The notes under the pieces: generated by a model
What the model saw: the letters and a program-made list of their open reading frames with translations, nothing else
Database searches by the model: none
What the model was told of the DNA's origin: nothing
Shown here: piece after piece, positions 1 through 9,657 of the stretch
Position numbering within the stretch: position 1 is the first letter of the stretch
Layout: the number at the start of each line of letters is the position of its first letter
Source: Dehalococcoidia bacterium
GTDB lineage: Bacteria; Chloroflexota; Dehalococcoidia; JAUQQI01
Reading direction: 5' to 3'
Length of the DNA: 45,757 nt
NCBI GenBank assembly: GCA_034432015.1
Contig: DAOUCL010000123.1
Span: 1-45,757, forward strand
Translations under genes and position numbers: made by a program

Positions 1-170
1 TGCTCCCGAATCGCCCGGGGTCCGAAGCGGGCACCCGGCTTCCAGGGTGAGCCCTCATCGTAGGGGGCGCCCAGCACGGCCGCGTCCGCCTCGACCCGGT
101 GCAGGTCCGTGACCAGGGGCGCCCGCAGGAAGGTCGGGATTCCGGTGAAGGGGAGGTTGACCCGGTCCAT
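1..170 (-). CDS. Agmatinase/ureohydrolase (arginase family), N-terminal fragment running off the window
   Basis: Reverse translation from ATG (complement of 168..170) gives MDRVNLPFTGIPTFLRAPLVTDLHRVEADAAVLGAPYDEGSPWKPGARFGPRAIRE. This is the typical N-terminus of agmatinase/guanidinobutyrase-type ureohydrolases (FxGIPTF, VGxPxD, PGARxGPxAIR). Absent from the ORF track because no stop codon lies in the window. Confidence 0.7.
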   Translation of the reverse strand, partial: MDRVNLPFTGIPTFLRAPLVTDLHRVEADAAVLGAPYDEGSPWKPGARFGPRAIRE

Positions 171-172
171 AT

Positions 173-1069
173 TCAGACGTTCCGAAGGGTAGGGTCTAGG
201 ACGTCCCGAACCCAGTCGCCGATTCGGTTAACGGCCATGGTGGTCAGCATCAGCACGATTCCCGGGAAGACCGAAACCCACCACCGGCCGATGATAAGAT
301 ACTCCCGGCCCTCCCCGATCATCTGGCCCCAAGATGGGGTGGGCGGCTGGACCCCCAAACCGAGAAAAGAAAGGGTCGATTCGAGGACGACCGTTCGGGC
401 CAGGTCCAGGGTGGCCACCACAATCAGGGGCGAAAGGGTGTTGGGCAGAAGGTGCCGGAAAAGGATTCTCAGGTCGCTTCCCCCCAGGGCCCGGACCGCC
501 TCGATGAACTCCTTCTGCTTGAGGCTGAGCACCTGGGCCCGGGCGATCCGGGCGTAGGTGACCCAGCCGCTGATGCCCACCACCAGGATAAGATTCTGCA
601 GGCTCGGGCCCAGCACCGCCACAATGGCGATGGCCAGCAGCACCAGGGGAAACGCTAGCTGGATGTCGGCAACGGTCATTATAATTTCGTCGGCGACCCG
701 GCCGGCGTAACCCGCTACCAGGCCGAGCAGACTGCCCAGCAGGCCCCCGATTATCACCGCCGTAAAGCCCACCAGCAGGGAAACCCGCGACCCGAAAAGG
801 ATTCGGGAGAGGATATCCCGGCCGAGCTGGTCGGTGCCCAGCAGGGCCCCGGTGGTTCCCCCAAGCCAGACGGGGGGGTCCAGCCGGCCCCGCAGGCTCT
901 GGCGGTAGGGGTCGGCCGGGGCCAGGTAATCGGCGAAGACGGCCGAAAGGATGAGGGCCGCCAAAAAGCAGACGAAGAAAGCCACCGGTAGGGGAATCCG
1001 GCCCGCCCGGCGCCGGGCGGGCCGCCGGGGCAGAACCAGCTCGGTGGGCACGGCAGGTCGGGCCTGCAT
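173..1069 (-). CDS. ABC transporter permease, DppC/OppC type (peptide/nickel family)
   Basis: 298 aa with multiple TM segments. N-terminal LGTDxLGRD motif and the EAA-like loop (FIEAVRALGGSDLRILFRHLLPN) characteristic of DppC/OppC. Confidence 0.9.
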   Translation of the reverse strand: MQARPAVPTELVLPRRPARRRAGRIPLPVAFFVCFLAALILSAVFADYLAPADPYRQSLRGRLDPPVWLGGTTGALLGTDQLGRDILSRILFGSRVSLLVGFTAVIIGGLLGSLLGLVAGYAGRVADEIIMTVADIQLAFPLVLLAIAIVAVLGPSLQNLILVVGISGWVTYARIARAQVLSLKQKEFIEAVRALGGSDLRILFRHLLPNTLSPLIVVATLDLARTVVLESTLSFLGLGVQPPTPSWGQMIGEGREYLIIGRWWVSVFPGIVLMLTTMAVNRIGDWVRDVLDPTLRNV

Positions 1070-1075
1070 CGGCGG

Positions 1076-1993
1076 CTATTCGTAGCGGATTCTGGGGTCT
1101 AGGACGGCGTAGAAAAGGTCGACGACAAAATTAACCGCCACAAAGGCGACGGCGGCCAGAAAGACCGTGGCCTGAACCACCGGGTAATCCCGATTGAAGA
1201 TGGATTGGATGGCCAGGCGGCCGATCCCCGGCCAGGCGAAGATGGTTTCGGTGACCACCGCCCCGCCCAGCAGGGTGCCGAACTGGAGGCCCATAATGGT
1301 GACCACGGGGATGAGGGCGTTGCGGAAACCGTGGCGGAGGATAACCGTACTCTCTTTAAGGCCCTTGGCCCGGGCCGTCCGGATATAGTCCTGGGAGAGC
1401 ACTTCCAGCATGGCCGACCGGGTAAGCCGGGCGATGGAGGCCATGGCGAAGGCCCCAAGGGTTACCGCCGGCATCACCAGGTGGGCCGGGGTCCCGGTGC
1501 CCCCGATGGGCAGAAGGGGAAACCAGACGGCGAAGATGAGCAAAAGCAGGATGCCCAGAAAGAAGGTGGGCACCGACTGGCCCAGGAGGGCCAGAAACAT
1601 CCCCAGGTGGTCATAAAGGCTGAAGCGGCGGACGGCCGCAACGATGCCCACCGGCACGGCCACAACAACGGCCAGGGCGAAGGCCGTCACCGCCAGCTGG
1701 ATGGTGGCGGGGATCCGCTCCAGGGCAACGGCCAGGGCGGGCTGGCGGAAGTGAATCGACCGGCCAAAATCGCCCTGAACGGCGCTGCGTAAAAATATCA
1801 GGTACTGGAACCAGAGGGGCTCATCCAGGCCCATCTCCCGCCGGACCCGGAAGACCTCGGCCGTGGGGGCATCCGGGGGCAGAATCAAGACGACGGGGTC
1901 GCCCGAAAGGCGCATCACGACAAAGACGATGGTCGAGATGCCCCAGAGGACCACGACGGTCCTGATCAGTCGGCGCAGTAAAAAGGCCCGCAC
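1076..1993 (-). CDS. ABC transporter permease, DppB/OppB type
   Basis: 305 aa. Begins MRAFLLRRLIRTVVVLWGISTIVF and contains DYIRTARAKGL, both hallmarks of DppB/OppB permeases. Sits 6 nt upstream of the DppC-like gene. Confidence 0.9.
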   Translation of the reverse strand: MRAFLLRRLIRTVVVLWGISTIVFVVMRLSGDPVVLILPPDAPTAEVFRVRREMGLDEPLWFQYLIFLRSAVQGDFGRSIHFRQPALAVALERIPATIQLAVTAFALAVVVAVPVGIVAAVRRFSLYDHLGMFLALLGQSVPTFFLGILLLLIFAVWFPLLPIGGTGTPAHLVMPAVTLGAFAMASIARLTRSAMLEVLSQDYIRTARAKGLKESTVILRHGFRNALIPVVTIMGLQFGTLLGGAVVTETIFAWPGIGRLAIQSIFNRDYPVVQATVFLAAVAFVAVNFVVDLFYAVLDPRIRYE

Positions 1994-2039
1994 CGGTCAA
2001 CCCCTTGCGATTGGAGTTTAGGGGACCCGCCGCCGGCCG

Positions 2040-3233
2040 TCAACCCGCGGCCCGGGCGGCGAAGGCGAGGTCTAAAGGCTGGCCCCGGCGGACGATAAAG
2101 GCCGGGATTCCGGCGGCGGTCAGGGCGCCCAGAGGCATGAGGGGGCTGTGGTAACCCCCAAAACTGGCGGCGTCCAGGAGCACGACCACCGGCCGAACCC
2201 CCCGCCGCACCTGGAGGCCGAGGCTCTCTACCCAGGCGTCGCTTCCCGAAGGGGTGATAACCACCAGGGTGGTGTTCCGGCCGAATCGGGCCGACTCGGT
2301 CAGGATCTGCTCGGTGAGGGGAACCCGCCCCAGCGCCCGAACGACGGCCAGGGTTTCCAGGATCTTAAGGAGCTGGCGAACGCCCCGGTCGGTAGGGACG
2401 ACCTCGTGGGTCTGACCGAAAGCGATGAGGCCCACCGACCAGTTGCGGTCGAGGAGGGCCTTGGCCACCGACCCGGCCAGGGTCACCCCGTATTCCTCGG
2501 TGGATTCGGGCCCCAGCCCCGCCTGGACGGCCGCCTGTAAATCCAGCAGAACCCAGACGTCGCTCAGGGGGTCCAGCTCGAACTCCTTGACCGCCAGCCG
2601 GCCGAGGCGGGCGGTGGTGGGCCAGTGAATTCGGTTGTAGCTGTCCCCCGGCTGGTAATCCCGGACGCCAGCGGCCACCGGGGTCACCTGGTGGGTGCGG
2701 CGGCGGGTCCGGACCTCCCCAGAGAGTTCCCCGCCTGGAAGCTCGAATTCCCGGAGCTGAACGACCCGGGGGTACACGATGAGGGTCTGGGGCTCGCCCA
2801 GGGTTACCTCCCGGGGGAAAAGGCCGAAGGGGTCACTGGTCCGGACGACGATGGGCCCAAGGCCGAACCTCCCCCGCTGCCGGCAGACCGTTTCGGCCCG
2901 CCAGGCGCGGTGGCCCCCGGAGCGGAGGCCGAAGGCTTGGCTCAGCTGGTGGTCCGGCAGGTCCGAAAGGTCGTGCACCTCCACCCACGGCTTGGGGAGG
3001 GGTCCGGTGTTGCGGACGGTGAGCCGCTCGACCAGCCTTTCGCCCACCTGGGCCCGGGTGGTGCTGGTCGTCCGCTCCACCTCCAGCCACCGAATATTCG
3101 CCCAGGACCAGACGTAGCCGACCACCAGGACGAAGGCCAGCACGTAGGCCACCCGGTAGAGCAAAACGTAGTTCAAGGCCAGGGCGGCCAGAACGGCGAC
3201 GACCAGCAGGGTGACGACGGTCCAGCTACGCAC
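2040..3233 (-). CDS. DUF58 domain protein (MoxR-associated, VWA-like fold), N-terminal TM anchors
   Basis: 397 aa with two N-terminal TM helices and the DUF58 signature region VRDYQPGDSYNRIHWPTTARLGRLAVKEFE. Immediately downstream of the MoxR ATPase. Confidence 0.85.
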   Translation of the reverse strand: MRSWTVVTLLVVAVLAALALNYVLLYRVAYVLAFVLVVGYVWSWANIRWLEVERTTSTTRAQVGERLVERLTVRNTGPLPKPWVEVHDLSDLPDHQLSQAFGLRSGGHRAWRAETVCRQRGRFGLGPIVVRTSDPFGLFPREVTLGEPQTLIVYPRVVQLREFELPGGELSGEVRTRRRTHQVTPVAAGVRDYQPGDSYNRIHWPTTARLGRLAVKEFELDPLSDVWVLLDLQAAVQAGLGPESTEEYGVTLAGSVAKALLDRNWSVGLIAFGQTHEVVPTDRGVRQLLKILETLAVVRALGRVPLTEQILTESARFGRNTTLVVITPSGSDAWVESLGLQVRRGVRPVVVLLDAASFGGYHSPLMPLGALTAAGIPAFIVRRGQPLDLAFAARAAG

Positions 3234-3251
3234 GGTTCGGGTTAAATAAGC

Positions 3252-4205
3252 CTACCGACCCACCCGGGCGCCGGGAACGGGAACCGACTCTAATATCTCC
3301 TTAAGAATGGTCCGGGCTGTCACGTTCTTTACCCGGGCCGACGGGTTGACGATGATCCGGTGGCCCAGGACGGGCACGGCCAGCAGTTTGACGTCGTCGG
3401 GCAAAACGTAATCCCGGCCCCGCAGGAGGGCCAGGGCCTGGCTGGTCCGTTGCAGCCCCAGGGAGCCCCGGGGCGAAGCCCCCAGGTAAACGTCGGGGTG
3501 TTTCCGGGTCGCCTCGACCAGGGCGACGATGTACTGCTTGATGAGGGGGTCCACGTAGACGTCTTTTACCCGCTCCTGGAGCTCCAAAAGCTCGTCGGTA
3601 TCCACCACCTGCCCGATCTCGTCGATGGGGTGGACATGCTGCTGGCGGTCGAGGATTTTGATCTCGTCGGCGCGGCTGGGGTAGCCCAGGGAAATCCGCA
3701 TTAAAAAGCGGTCGAGCTGGGCCTCGGGGAGGGGGAAGGTGCCCTCATACTCGATGGGGTTCTGGGTGGCCATAACCAGGAAGGGCTGGGGCATGGGGTA
3801 GGTCCGGCCGTCCACGGTTACCTGCCGCTCCTCCATGCACTCGAGGAGGGCCGCCTGGGTCCTTGGGGTGGCCCGGTTGATCTCATCGGCCAAGACGATC
3901 TGGGCCATTACCGGGCCCGGCCGGAACTCAAACTGCCCGGTCTTCTGGTTGTAAACCGAAACCCCGGTTATATCCGAAGGAAGTAAGTCCGGGGTGAACT
4001 GGATTCGGCGGAAGCTACAGCCTAAAGACTTGGCGATGGCCTTGGCCAAGACCGTCTTGCCAACCCCGGGCACGTCCTCGATGAGGAGGTGACCCTGACA
4101 CATCAGGGCGATAATGGCCAGCTCGACTTCCTGGTCTTTACCGATAATAACTTTTCTAACGTTTTCTAACACTCGTTCGGCAATTCCGAGGCGCCGGTCG
4201 GCCAC
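3252..4205 (-). CDS. MoxR-family AAA+ ATPase
   Basis: 317 aa. Walker A GVPGVGKT, Walker B LADEINRA, and typical MoxR length and C-terminal lid. GTG start with AAAGGAGA RBS. Confidence 0.9.
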   Translation of the reverse strand: MADRRLGIAERVLENVRKVIIGKDQEVELAIIALMCQGHLLIEDVPGVGKTVLAKAIAKSLGCSFRRIQFTPDLLPSDITGVSVYNQKTGQFEFRPGPVMAQIVLADEINRATPRTQAALLECMEERQVTVDGRTYPMPQPFLVMATQNPIEYEGTFPLPEAQLDRFLMRISLGYPSRADEIKILDRQQHVHPIDEIGQVVDTDELLELQERVKDVYVDPLIKQYIVALVEATRKHPDVYLGASPRGSLGLQRTSQALALLRGRDYVLPDDVKLLAVPVLGHRIIVNPSARVKNVTARTILKEILESVPVPGARVGR

Positions 4206-4229
4206 CGCTGACAGTTCTCCTTTCCGGCT

Positions 4230-4262
4230 ATTATAGCAAACTACGGTTCGCCGGATGCAACC
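4230..4262 (-). promoter_or_regulatory. Putative sigma70 promoter for the moxR-DUF58 operon
   Basis: On the minus strand: TTGCAT, about 19 nt spacer, then TATAAT (complement of 4230..4235), about 25 nt upstream of the moxR GTG. The spacer is slightly long. Confidence 0.35.
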
Positions 4263-6307
4263 CGGCGGCCAGGCGAATTCCGCCGGGCGAGAATTCGGCC
4301 GTCCGCCTCTTCTTCGGCCAGCAATCCCCTCAGCTCGACGAGCTGGTCCCGGATCAGGGCGGCCCGTTCGAATTCCAGGGCCTTGGCCGCCGCCTTCATC
4401 TCGGCCTCAAGCTCCTTGATCATCCGGTAAAGCTCGTCTTTGGGCACCCGTTCCCGCACGTGGTATTCGGGCCCGGTCTCGGCCACCAGCCGGAGCCGGT
4501 CGGTCAGGTCCCGGACGGCCTTCCGGATGCCCTGGGGGGTGATGCCGTGGCGGCGGTTGTATTCGAGCTGAATCCGCCGCCGGCGTTCGGTCTCCTCGAT
4601 GGCCTTCCGCATCGATTCGGTGATGGTGTCGGCGTACATTATAACCTTGCCTTCCGAATGCCGGGCGGCCCGGCCCATGATCTGGATGAGGGCCGGGTAG
4701 GACCTTAAATAGCCTTCCTTGTCGGCGTCGAGGATGGCCACCAGGCTCACCTCGGGCAGGTCAAGGCCCTCCCGGAGCAGGTTGATGCCCACCACCACGT
4801 CGTAAACCCCAAGGCGCAGGTCCCTTAAGATCTGCACCCGCTCGATGGTCTCGATGTCCGAGTGGAGGTAATGGGTTTTGATCCCCATCTCCTTAAGATA
4901 GTCGGCCAGGTCCTCGGCCATCCGCTTCGTCAGGGTGGTCACCAGGGTCCGTTCGCCCCGGCGCACCCGCGCCCGGATCTCGTAGAGCAGGTCATCGATT
5001 TGCCCCCGGGTGGGCCGAACTTCCACCTCGGGGTCGAGGAGGCCCGTCGGCCGAATGATCTGCTCCACCACCTGGCCGTAGCGGCGGCTCAGCCCCAGCT
5101 CGTAGTCGTCGGGGGTGGCCGAAACGTAGATAACCTGCGGGATCCGCTCGTTAAACTCCTCGAAGCTCAAGGGCCGGTTGTCCCGGGCCGAGGGGAGCCT
5201 GAAGCCGTACTCGATAAGGTTATCCTTCCGGCTCATCTCCCCGTGGTACATCCCCTTGAGCTGGGGAATGGTTATGTGGGACTCGTCGATAAAGAGCAGA
5301 AAGTTATCCCCGTGCCGGTAGCGGAAGTAGTCCAGGAGGGTCCAGGGGGGGCTTCCGGGCGGCCGGCCGGAGAGGTGCCGGGAGTAGTTTTCAATGCCGG
5401 CGCAGTAGCCGGCCTCCCGCAGCATCTCCAGGTCATACTTGGTCCGGGCCAAAAGGCGGGCGGCCTCCAGAAACTTGCCCTGGGCCTCCAGCTCTTTCAC
5501 CCGTTCGGCCAGCTCCGCCTCAATGGAGGCGATGGCGGCCTCAAGCTTTTCGGCCCGGGTCACGAAGTGCTTGGCCGGGTAGATGGCAAGCTCGTGGTGG
5601 CGGACCAGCACCTCCCCGGTCAGGGGGTCGATTTCGGTTATCCGCACCACCGTATCCCAGTCAAACTCAATCCTGATGGCCGTCTCCTGGTAGGCCGGCC
5701 AAACGTCCAGGGTGTCGCCCCGCAGCCGAAACCGGCCCCGGCCCGGCTCAAAGTCGTTGCGTTCGTACTGCATCGCCACCAAGTGGCGGGCTACCTGCTG
5801 GGGCGTCCGGGCATCCCCGGCCCGAAGGTACAGCACGAAGGACTCATATTCCTCAGGGTCGCCCAGGCCGTAGATGCACGAGACCGAGGCCACCACGATG
5901 ACGTCGTCCCGCTCCAGGACGGCCCGGGTGGCGGCGTGGCGGAGCTTGTCGATTTCGTCGTTTATCTGGGCGTCTTTTTCGATATATGTATCCGTTTCGG
6001 GTAGATAGGCTTCGGGCTGGTAGTAGTCGTAATACGAAACGAAGTATTCGACGGCGTTATGGGGGAAAAACTCTTTAAACTCCGCGTAAAGCTGGGCGGC
6101 TAAAGTCTTGTTGTGGGCGATGACCAGGGTGGGCCGGCCGACCCGGGCGATGACATTGGCCATGGTGAAGGTTTTCCCGGAGCCGGTCACCCCAAGAAGC
6201 GTCTGATGCTTATAGCCCCGCCGGATCCCCTCCACCAGGGCCTCGATGGCCTGGGGCTGGTCGCCGGTCGGCTGGAAGTCGGATACCAGGGAGAAGACCT
6301 TGGACAT
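4241..6307 (-). CDS. uvrB: Excinuclease ABC subunit B
   Basis: 688 aa. Begins [20 protein letters not shown], has [10 protein letters not shown] (Walker A), the DESH box, helicase motifs and a C-terminal UVR domain ([14 protein letters not shown]). Confidence 0.97.
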   Translation of the reverse strand: MSKVFSLVSDFQPTGDQPQAIEALVEGIRRGYKHQTLLGVTGSGKTFTMANVIARVGRPTLVIAHNKTLAAQLYAEFKEFFPHNAVEYFVSYYDYYQPEAYLPETDTYIEKDAQINDEIDKLRHAATRAVLERDDVIVVASVSCIYGLGDPEEYESFVLYLRAGDARTPQQVARHLVAMQYERNDFEPGRGRFRLRGDTLDVWPAYQETAIRIEFDWDTVVRITEIDPLTGEVLVRHHELAIYPAKHFVTRAEKLEAAIASIEAELAERVKELEAQGKFLEAARLLARTKYDLEMLREAGYCAGIENYSRHLSGRPPGSPPWTLLDYFRYRHGDNFLLFIDESHITIPQLKGMYHGEMSRKDNLIEYGFRLPSARDNRPLSFEEFNERIPQVIYVSATPDDYELGLSRRYGQVVEQIIRPTGLLDPEVEVRPTRGQIDDLLYEIRARVRRGERTLVTTLTKRMAEDLADYLKEMGIKTHYLHSDIETIERVQILRDLRLGVYDVVVGINLLREGLDLPEVSLVAILDADKEGYLRSYPALIQIMGRAARHSEGKVIMYADTITESMRKAIEETERRRRIQLEYNRRHGITPQGIRKAVRDLTDRLRLVAETGPEYHVRERVPKDELYRMIKELEAEMKAAAKALEFERAALIRDQLVELRGLLAEEEADGRILARRNSPGRRVASGEP

Positions 6308-6362
6308 GGGCCCTCCAAGTCAATTATACTCAGGGGCAGGTTACCCCAGCGGAGGGCTGACG

Positions 6363-7154
6363 ATGCGACCTAACCGGCTCAAACAGCTCTGGCGGGAAGG
6401 CAAACCGACCCTGGGGGTCTGGGTTTCCACCGGCGACCCGTATGTGGTCGAGAGCCTGGCCCACGCCGGCTTCGATTGGGTGCTCATCGACATGCAGCAC
6501 GGGATGGGGATCGACGTCGGCCGGGTCGTCGCTTGCCTGCAGGCCCTGGGCGGTGCCGAGGCGGTGCCCCTCGTGCGGCTCCCGTGGAACCAGCCGGAAT
6601 ATTTTCAATGGGTCCTGGACGCCGGGGCCTACGGGGTGCTGGTTCCCCTGGTCAACACCCCGGAGGATGCCCGCCGGGCGGTTCAGGCCTGCCGCTACCC
6701 GCCCCTGGGCAACCGGAGCTTCGGGCCCAACCGGGCCCGCCTCTATGGCCCCGATTACTACGAGCGGGCCAACGAGGAGGTCGTACTCATCGTCCAGGTT
6801 GAGCACATCGACGCGGTCCGGCAGGCCGAGGCCATCGCCCGGGTGGAGGGTGTGGATGCCCTTTACATCGGACCGGCTGACTTAGCCATCTCTATGGGCC
6901 TACCGCCGGGCCTGGATGTTAAGGACCCCCAGCATGTGGAGGCGTGCCGGCAGGTGCTGGAGGCGGCCCGGGCGGCGGGGAAGGTCGCCGGAATCCACTG
7001 CGCCGGGCCCCAGGAGGTGATTCGGCGGTTCCAGGAGGGCTGGCTCTTCTGCCCGGCCGGAAGCGACATCGGGTTCGTCAACGCCGGGGCCCGGCAGGCC
7101 GTCGAAGCCGTCCGCGGGGTTCGGCCGGCGGAGACCCGGGGGGTCTACGGCTGA
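6363..7154 (+). CDS. HpcH/HpaI-family aldolase (2,4-dihydroxyhept-2-ene-1,7-dioate / 2-keto-3-deoxy-sugar-acid aldolase type)
   Basis: Starts MRPNRLKQLWREGKPTLGVWVS, followed by DWVLIDMQHG and EGVDALYIGPADL, typical of the HpcH/HpaI family. I chose the internal ATG at 6363 because it has a GGAGGG RBS 6 nt upstream. The track ORF start at 6246 would overlap uvrB. Confidence 0.85.
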   Translation: MRPNRLKQLWREGKPTLGVWVSTGDPYVVESLAHAGFDWVLIDMQHGMGIDVGRVVACLQALGGAEAVPLVRLPWNQPEYFQWVLDAGAYGVLVPLVNTPEDARRAVQACRYPPLGNRSFGPNRARLYGPDYYERANEEVVLIVQVEHIDAVRQAEAIARVEGVDALYIGPADLAISMGLPPGLDVKDPQHVEACRQVLEAARAAGKVAGIHCAGPQEVIRRFQEGWLFCPAGSDIGFVNAGARQAVEAVRGVRPAETRGVYG

Positions 7155-7177
7155 GGGGGAGGGCTTACGGCCGCGGT

Positions 7178-7206
7178 TTGACGGACCGACGGCCCGGCCC
7201 TAGTAT
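7178..7206 (+). promoter_or_regulatory. Putative sigma70 promoter for the cysS-like gene
   Basis: TTGACG (7178..7183), 17 nt spacer, TAGTAT (7201..7206), then GGAGGAG RBS and ATG at 7250. Confidence 0.45.
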
Positions 7207-7249
7207 TTAAAGAGGGCGCCGGCCGGCGTCCGGAGGAGACGGGCCTGGA

Positions 7250-8449
7250 ATGAGGCTTTACAACACCCTGACCCGCGTTAAGGAGCAGTTTTCTAGCCCC
7301 GACGGCACCGTCCGCATGTACGTTTGCGGCATCACCCCGTATGATACCACCCACCTGGGCCACGCCCGCACCTACGTGGTTTTCGACGTCTTAAACCGGC
7401 TCCTGCGCCACCACGGCTACCGGGTCCGGTATGTTCAGAACATCACCGACATCGACGAATCGATCCTGGCCCGGGCCCGGCAGCTGGGCCGGGACTACCT
7501 GGAGCTGGGGGAAGAATGCTGCCGGGTCTTTTTTGAAGATATGGCCGCCCTCCGGGTTATCCCCGCCGACCACTACCCCAGGCCCACCCAGGAGATCCCG
7601 ATGATCCAGGAAATCACCCGGGGCCTGCTGGCGAAAGGCTACGGGTATATCATCCCCCGGGGGGTCTACTTTCGGGTTAAGGCGGTGGCCGACTACGGCC
7701 GATTGAGCCGCCTCAGCCGGGAGGAGATGCTGGCCGTCGCCGCCCGTCAGGACGATAGCGATGTGGACGACCCGACCAAAGAAGACCCCCTCGATTTTGC
7801 CCTCTGGCGCCGCTCGGCCCCGGGGGAACCGGCCTGGGAAAGCCCCTGGGGACCAGGCCGGCCCGGCTGGCACATCGAGTGTACGGCGATGTCTATCCGC
7901 TACTTGGGACCGAAGCTGGATATCCACGGGGGCGGGGCCGACCTTATCTACCCCCACCACGAGAACGAAATGGCCCAGAGCGAAGCCTACACCGGGGAGC
8001 GACCCTTTGCCCGCTTCTGGGTCCACGTGGGCCTGGTCTCCCTGGGCGGGGTTAAGATGAGCAAGTCCCTGGGGAATATGGTCTTTGTCCGGGACCTGCG
8101 CCAAAAATTTGACCCGGACGCCCTTCGCCTTTATCTGATAGCCACCCACTACCGGGCCGGCCTCGACTACCAGGAGGCCGACCTAGAAGGGGCGGCCGCC
8201 CGGCTGGAGAAATTCCGGGCGGCGGTGCGGCGGGCCCCCGTTGCGGCCAACCCCGGCTGGGCCGAGGCGGCAACCTTTCGGGCCCGCTTCTTTGGGGCCC
8301 TCGCGGACGACCTGGATACGCCGGCGGCCCTCGGGGTGCTGGACGAGCTGGCCGGACTCGGCCTCGGGGGCAACGGGGAGGCGGCGCGGCTGCTGGGGGA
8401 GCTGGCGGGGGTCCTCGGCCTTGAGCTTCGGGTGGGGGCCGGGGTTTGA
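7250..8449 (+). CDS. cysS: Cysteine--tRNA ligase-like class I synthetase, short form (399 aa, MshC-like length)
   Basis: HIGH motif (TTHLGHA), KMSKS, and the Zn/cysteine-binding residues in [17 protein letters not shown] and HHENE (CysRS-type, not the HHEYS of MshC). The protein ends about 125 aa after KMSKS, so the C-terminal anticodon-binding extension seen in roughly 460 aa CysRS is missing. Confidence 0.8.
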   Translation: MRLYNTLTRVKEQFSSPDGTVRMYVCGITPYDTTHLGHARTYVVFDVLNRLLRHHGYRVRYVQNITDIDESILARARQLGRDYLELGEECCRVFFEDMAALRVIPADHYPRPTQEIPMIQEITRGLLAKGYGYIIPRGVYFRVKAVADYGRLSRLSREEMLAVAARQDDSDVDDPTKEDPLDFALWRRSAPGEPAWESPWGPGRPGWHIECTAMSIRYLGPKLDIHGGGADLIYPHHENEMAQSEAYTGERPFARFWVHVGLVSLGGVKMSKSLGNMVFVRDLRQKFDPDALRLYLIATHYRAGLDYQEADLEGAAARLEKFRAAVRRAPVAANPGWAEAATFRARFFGALADDLDTPAALGVLDELAGLGLGGNGEAARLLGELAGVLGLELRVGAGV

Positions 8450-8785
8450 CTAAAGAACCCGGGTGCCGGGGGCGACTTCAAAGTCGGGGCGGAGGAGGAC
8501 CACGTCTTCGTCGCTTGCCACCGCGCCCAGAATGAGGACCTCGGAAACAAAGCCGGCCACCCGCTTCGGCTCCAGGTTAACCACAGCCACCACCTGGCGC
8601 CCGAGCAGGTCCTCTTTAGTATACCGGCGGGTAAGTTGGGCGCTGGAGCTTTTAACCCCAAGCTCCCCGAAATCCACCCAGACCTTGTAGGCAGGCTTTC
8701 GGGCCTTCAGGTGGTCCTCCACCCGAACGACCTTTCCCACCCGGATTTCAACCCTGAGAAAGTCGTCGTAGGTTATTGTCGCCAC
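8450..8785 (-). CDS. csaA: tRNA-binding domain protein (CsaA/Trbp111/EMAP-like OB fold)
   Basis: ITYDDFLRVEIRVGKVVRVEDH...KVWVDFGE...QVVAVVNLEPKRVAGFVSEVLILG matches the CsaA / MetRS-C-terminal tRNA-binding domain. I chose the GTG at 8785 (GGAGG RBS 7 nt upstream), which gives about 111 aa. The track's TTG start at 8833 is less likely. Confidence 0.8.
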   Translation of the reverse strand: MATITYDDFLRVEIRVGKVVRVEDHLKARKPAYKVWVDFGELGVKSSSAQLTRRYTKEDLLGRQVVAVVNLEPKRVAGFVSEVLILGAVASDEDVVLLRPDFEVAPGTRVL

Positions 8786-8832
8786 GGGTCTGCCTCCATA
8801 ATCCGGGTATCGGTAAAACTTAGCCGCAGCCA

Positions 8833-9642
8833 ATGTTGCGCACCCGGGTCCTGACGGCCGCGGCCGCCCTGCCGGTTTTGCTCATTGTCCTCTGGCTCGG
8901 CCCCCCCTATTTTACCGTGCTCGTCGGCCTGGCTTCCCTGGCGGGCCACCTGGAATTTTACGGCCTGGCCCGGCTGGGCGGGCTTTCCCCGCTCGTCTGG
9001 GTGGGGACGGCCGGGGGGCTGGGGGTGGTGGGCGTTGTGGGCCTGGGCCGGCCGGAGCTAACCGGGCCGGTGCTGGCGGCCGAGGCCCTGCTGGCAGGGG
9101 CCCTCTTGGTGGTGTGGGGGAGGACCCGGGGCGCCCTGGCCGACTGGGCGGCCACCCTGGGCGGGAGCCTTTACTGCGGCCTGATTTTTAGCTACTACAT
9201 CCCCTTGCGGGACTTTCCCCGCGGCCTGGAATGGACCCTTTTCACCTTTGGGGTAACGTTTGGGGTGGATACGGCCGCCTTTTTCGTCGGCCGCCGCTGG
9301 GGTCGGCGTCCCCTGGCCCCGGCGGTGAGCCCGGCCAAGACCGTCGAAGGCTTCGTGGGGGGGCTGGCGGCCGGACCGGCGGTGGGGGTGGGGCTGGCCG
9401 GCCTGCTGGGTTTGCCCGGACCCTGGCCGGCGGCCGCCCTCGGTTTCGGCCTGGCCCTGGCCGGTCAGGTGGGGGACCTCTTCGAGTCGGCCCTTAAACG
9501 GAGCGCGGGGGTGAAAGACAGCGGCCGGCTTTTCCCGGGACACGGGGGCTTACTCGACCGGGTAGACAGCCTGGCATTTAACGGCGTAATGAGTTATTAT
9601 GTGGTAGGCGCTTTCCTACCGGCGATTCTCGGCCGGGTCTGA
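8833..9642 (+). CDS. cdsA: Phosphatidate cytidylyltransferase
   Basis: 269 aa polytopic membrane protein with the C-terminal CdsA signature SALKRSAGVKDSGRLFPGHGGLLDRVDS. Confidence 0.88.
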   Translation: MLRTRVLTAAAALPVLLIVLWLGPPYFTVLVGLASLAGHLEFYGLARLGGLSPLVWVGTAGGLGVVGVVGLGRPELTGPVLAAEALLAGALLVVWGRTRGALADWAATLGGSLYCGLIFSYYIPLRDFPRGLEWTLFTFGVTFGVDTAAFFVGRRWGRRPLAPAVSPAKTVEGFVGGLAAGPAVGVGLAGLLGLPGPWPAAALGFGLALAGQVGDLFESALKRSAGVKDSGRLFPGHGGLLDRVDSLAFNGVMSYYVVGAFLPAILGRV

Positions 9643-9657
9643 GCGGAGCGGAGGGCC

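Noticed and set aside
173-1993. The ABC permease pair followed by agmatinase rather than ATPase genes, as an unusual transporter operon.
   Set aside because: The operon runs off the window edge. The ATPase and binding-protein genes may lie further downstream or elsewhere, so this cannot be judged from the window.
2040-4205. The MoxR + DUF58 pair as a possible novel system.
   Set aside because: The MoxR AAA+ / DUF58 operon is a very common, already-described arrangement (usually with BatA/VWA or transglutaminase partners elsewhere). Nothing unusual is visible beyond the absence of a third partner in this window.
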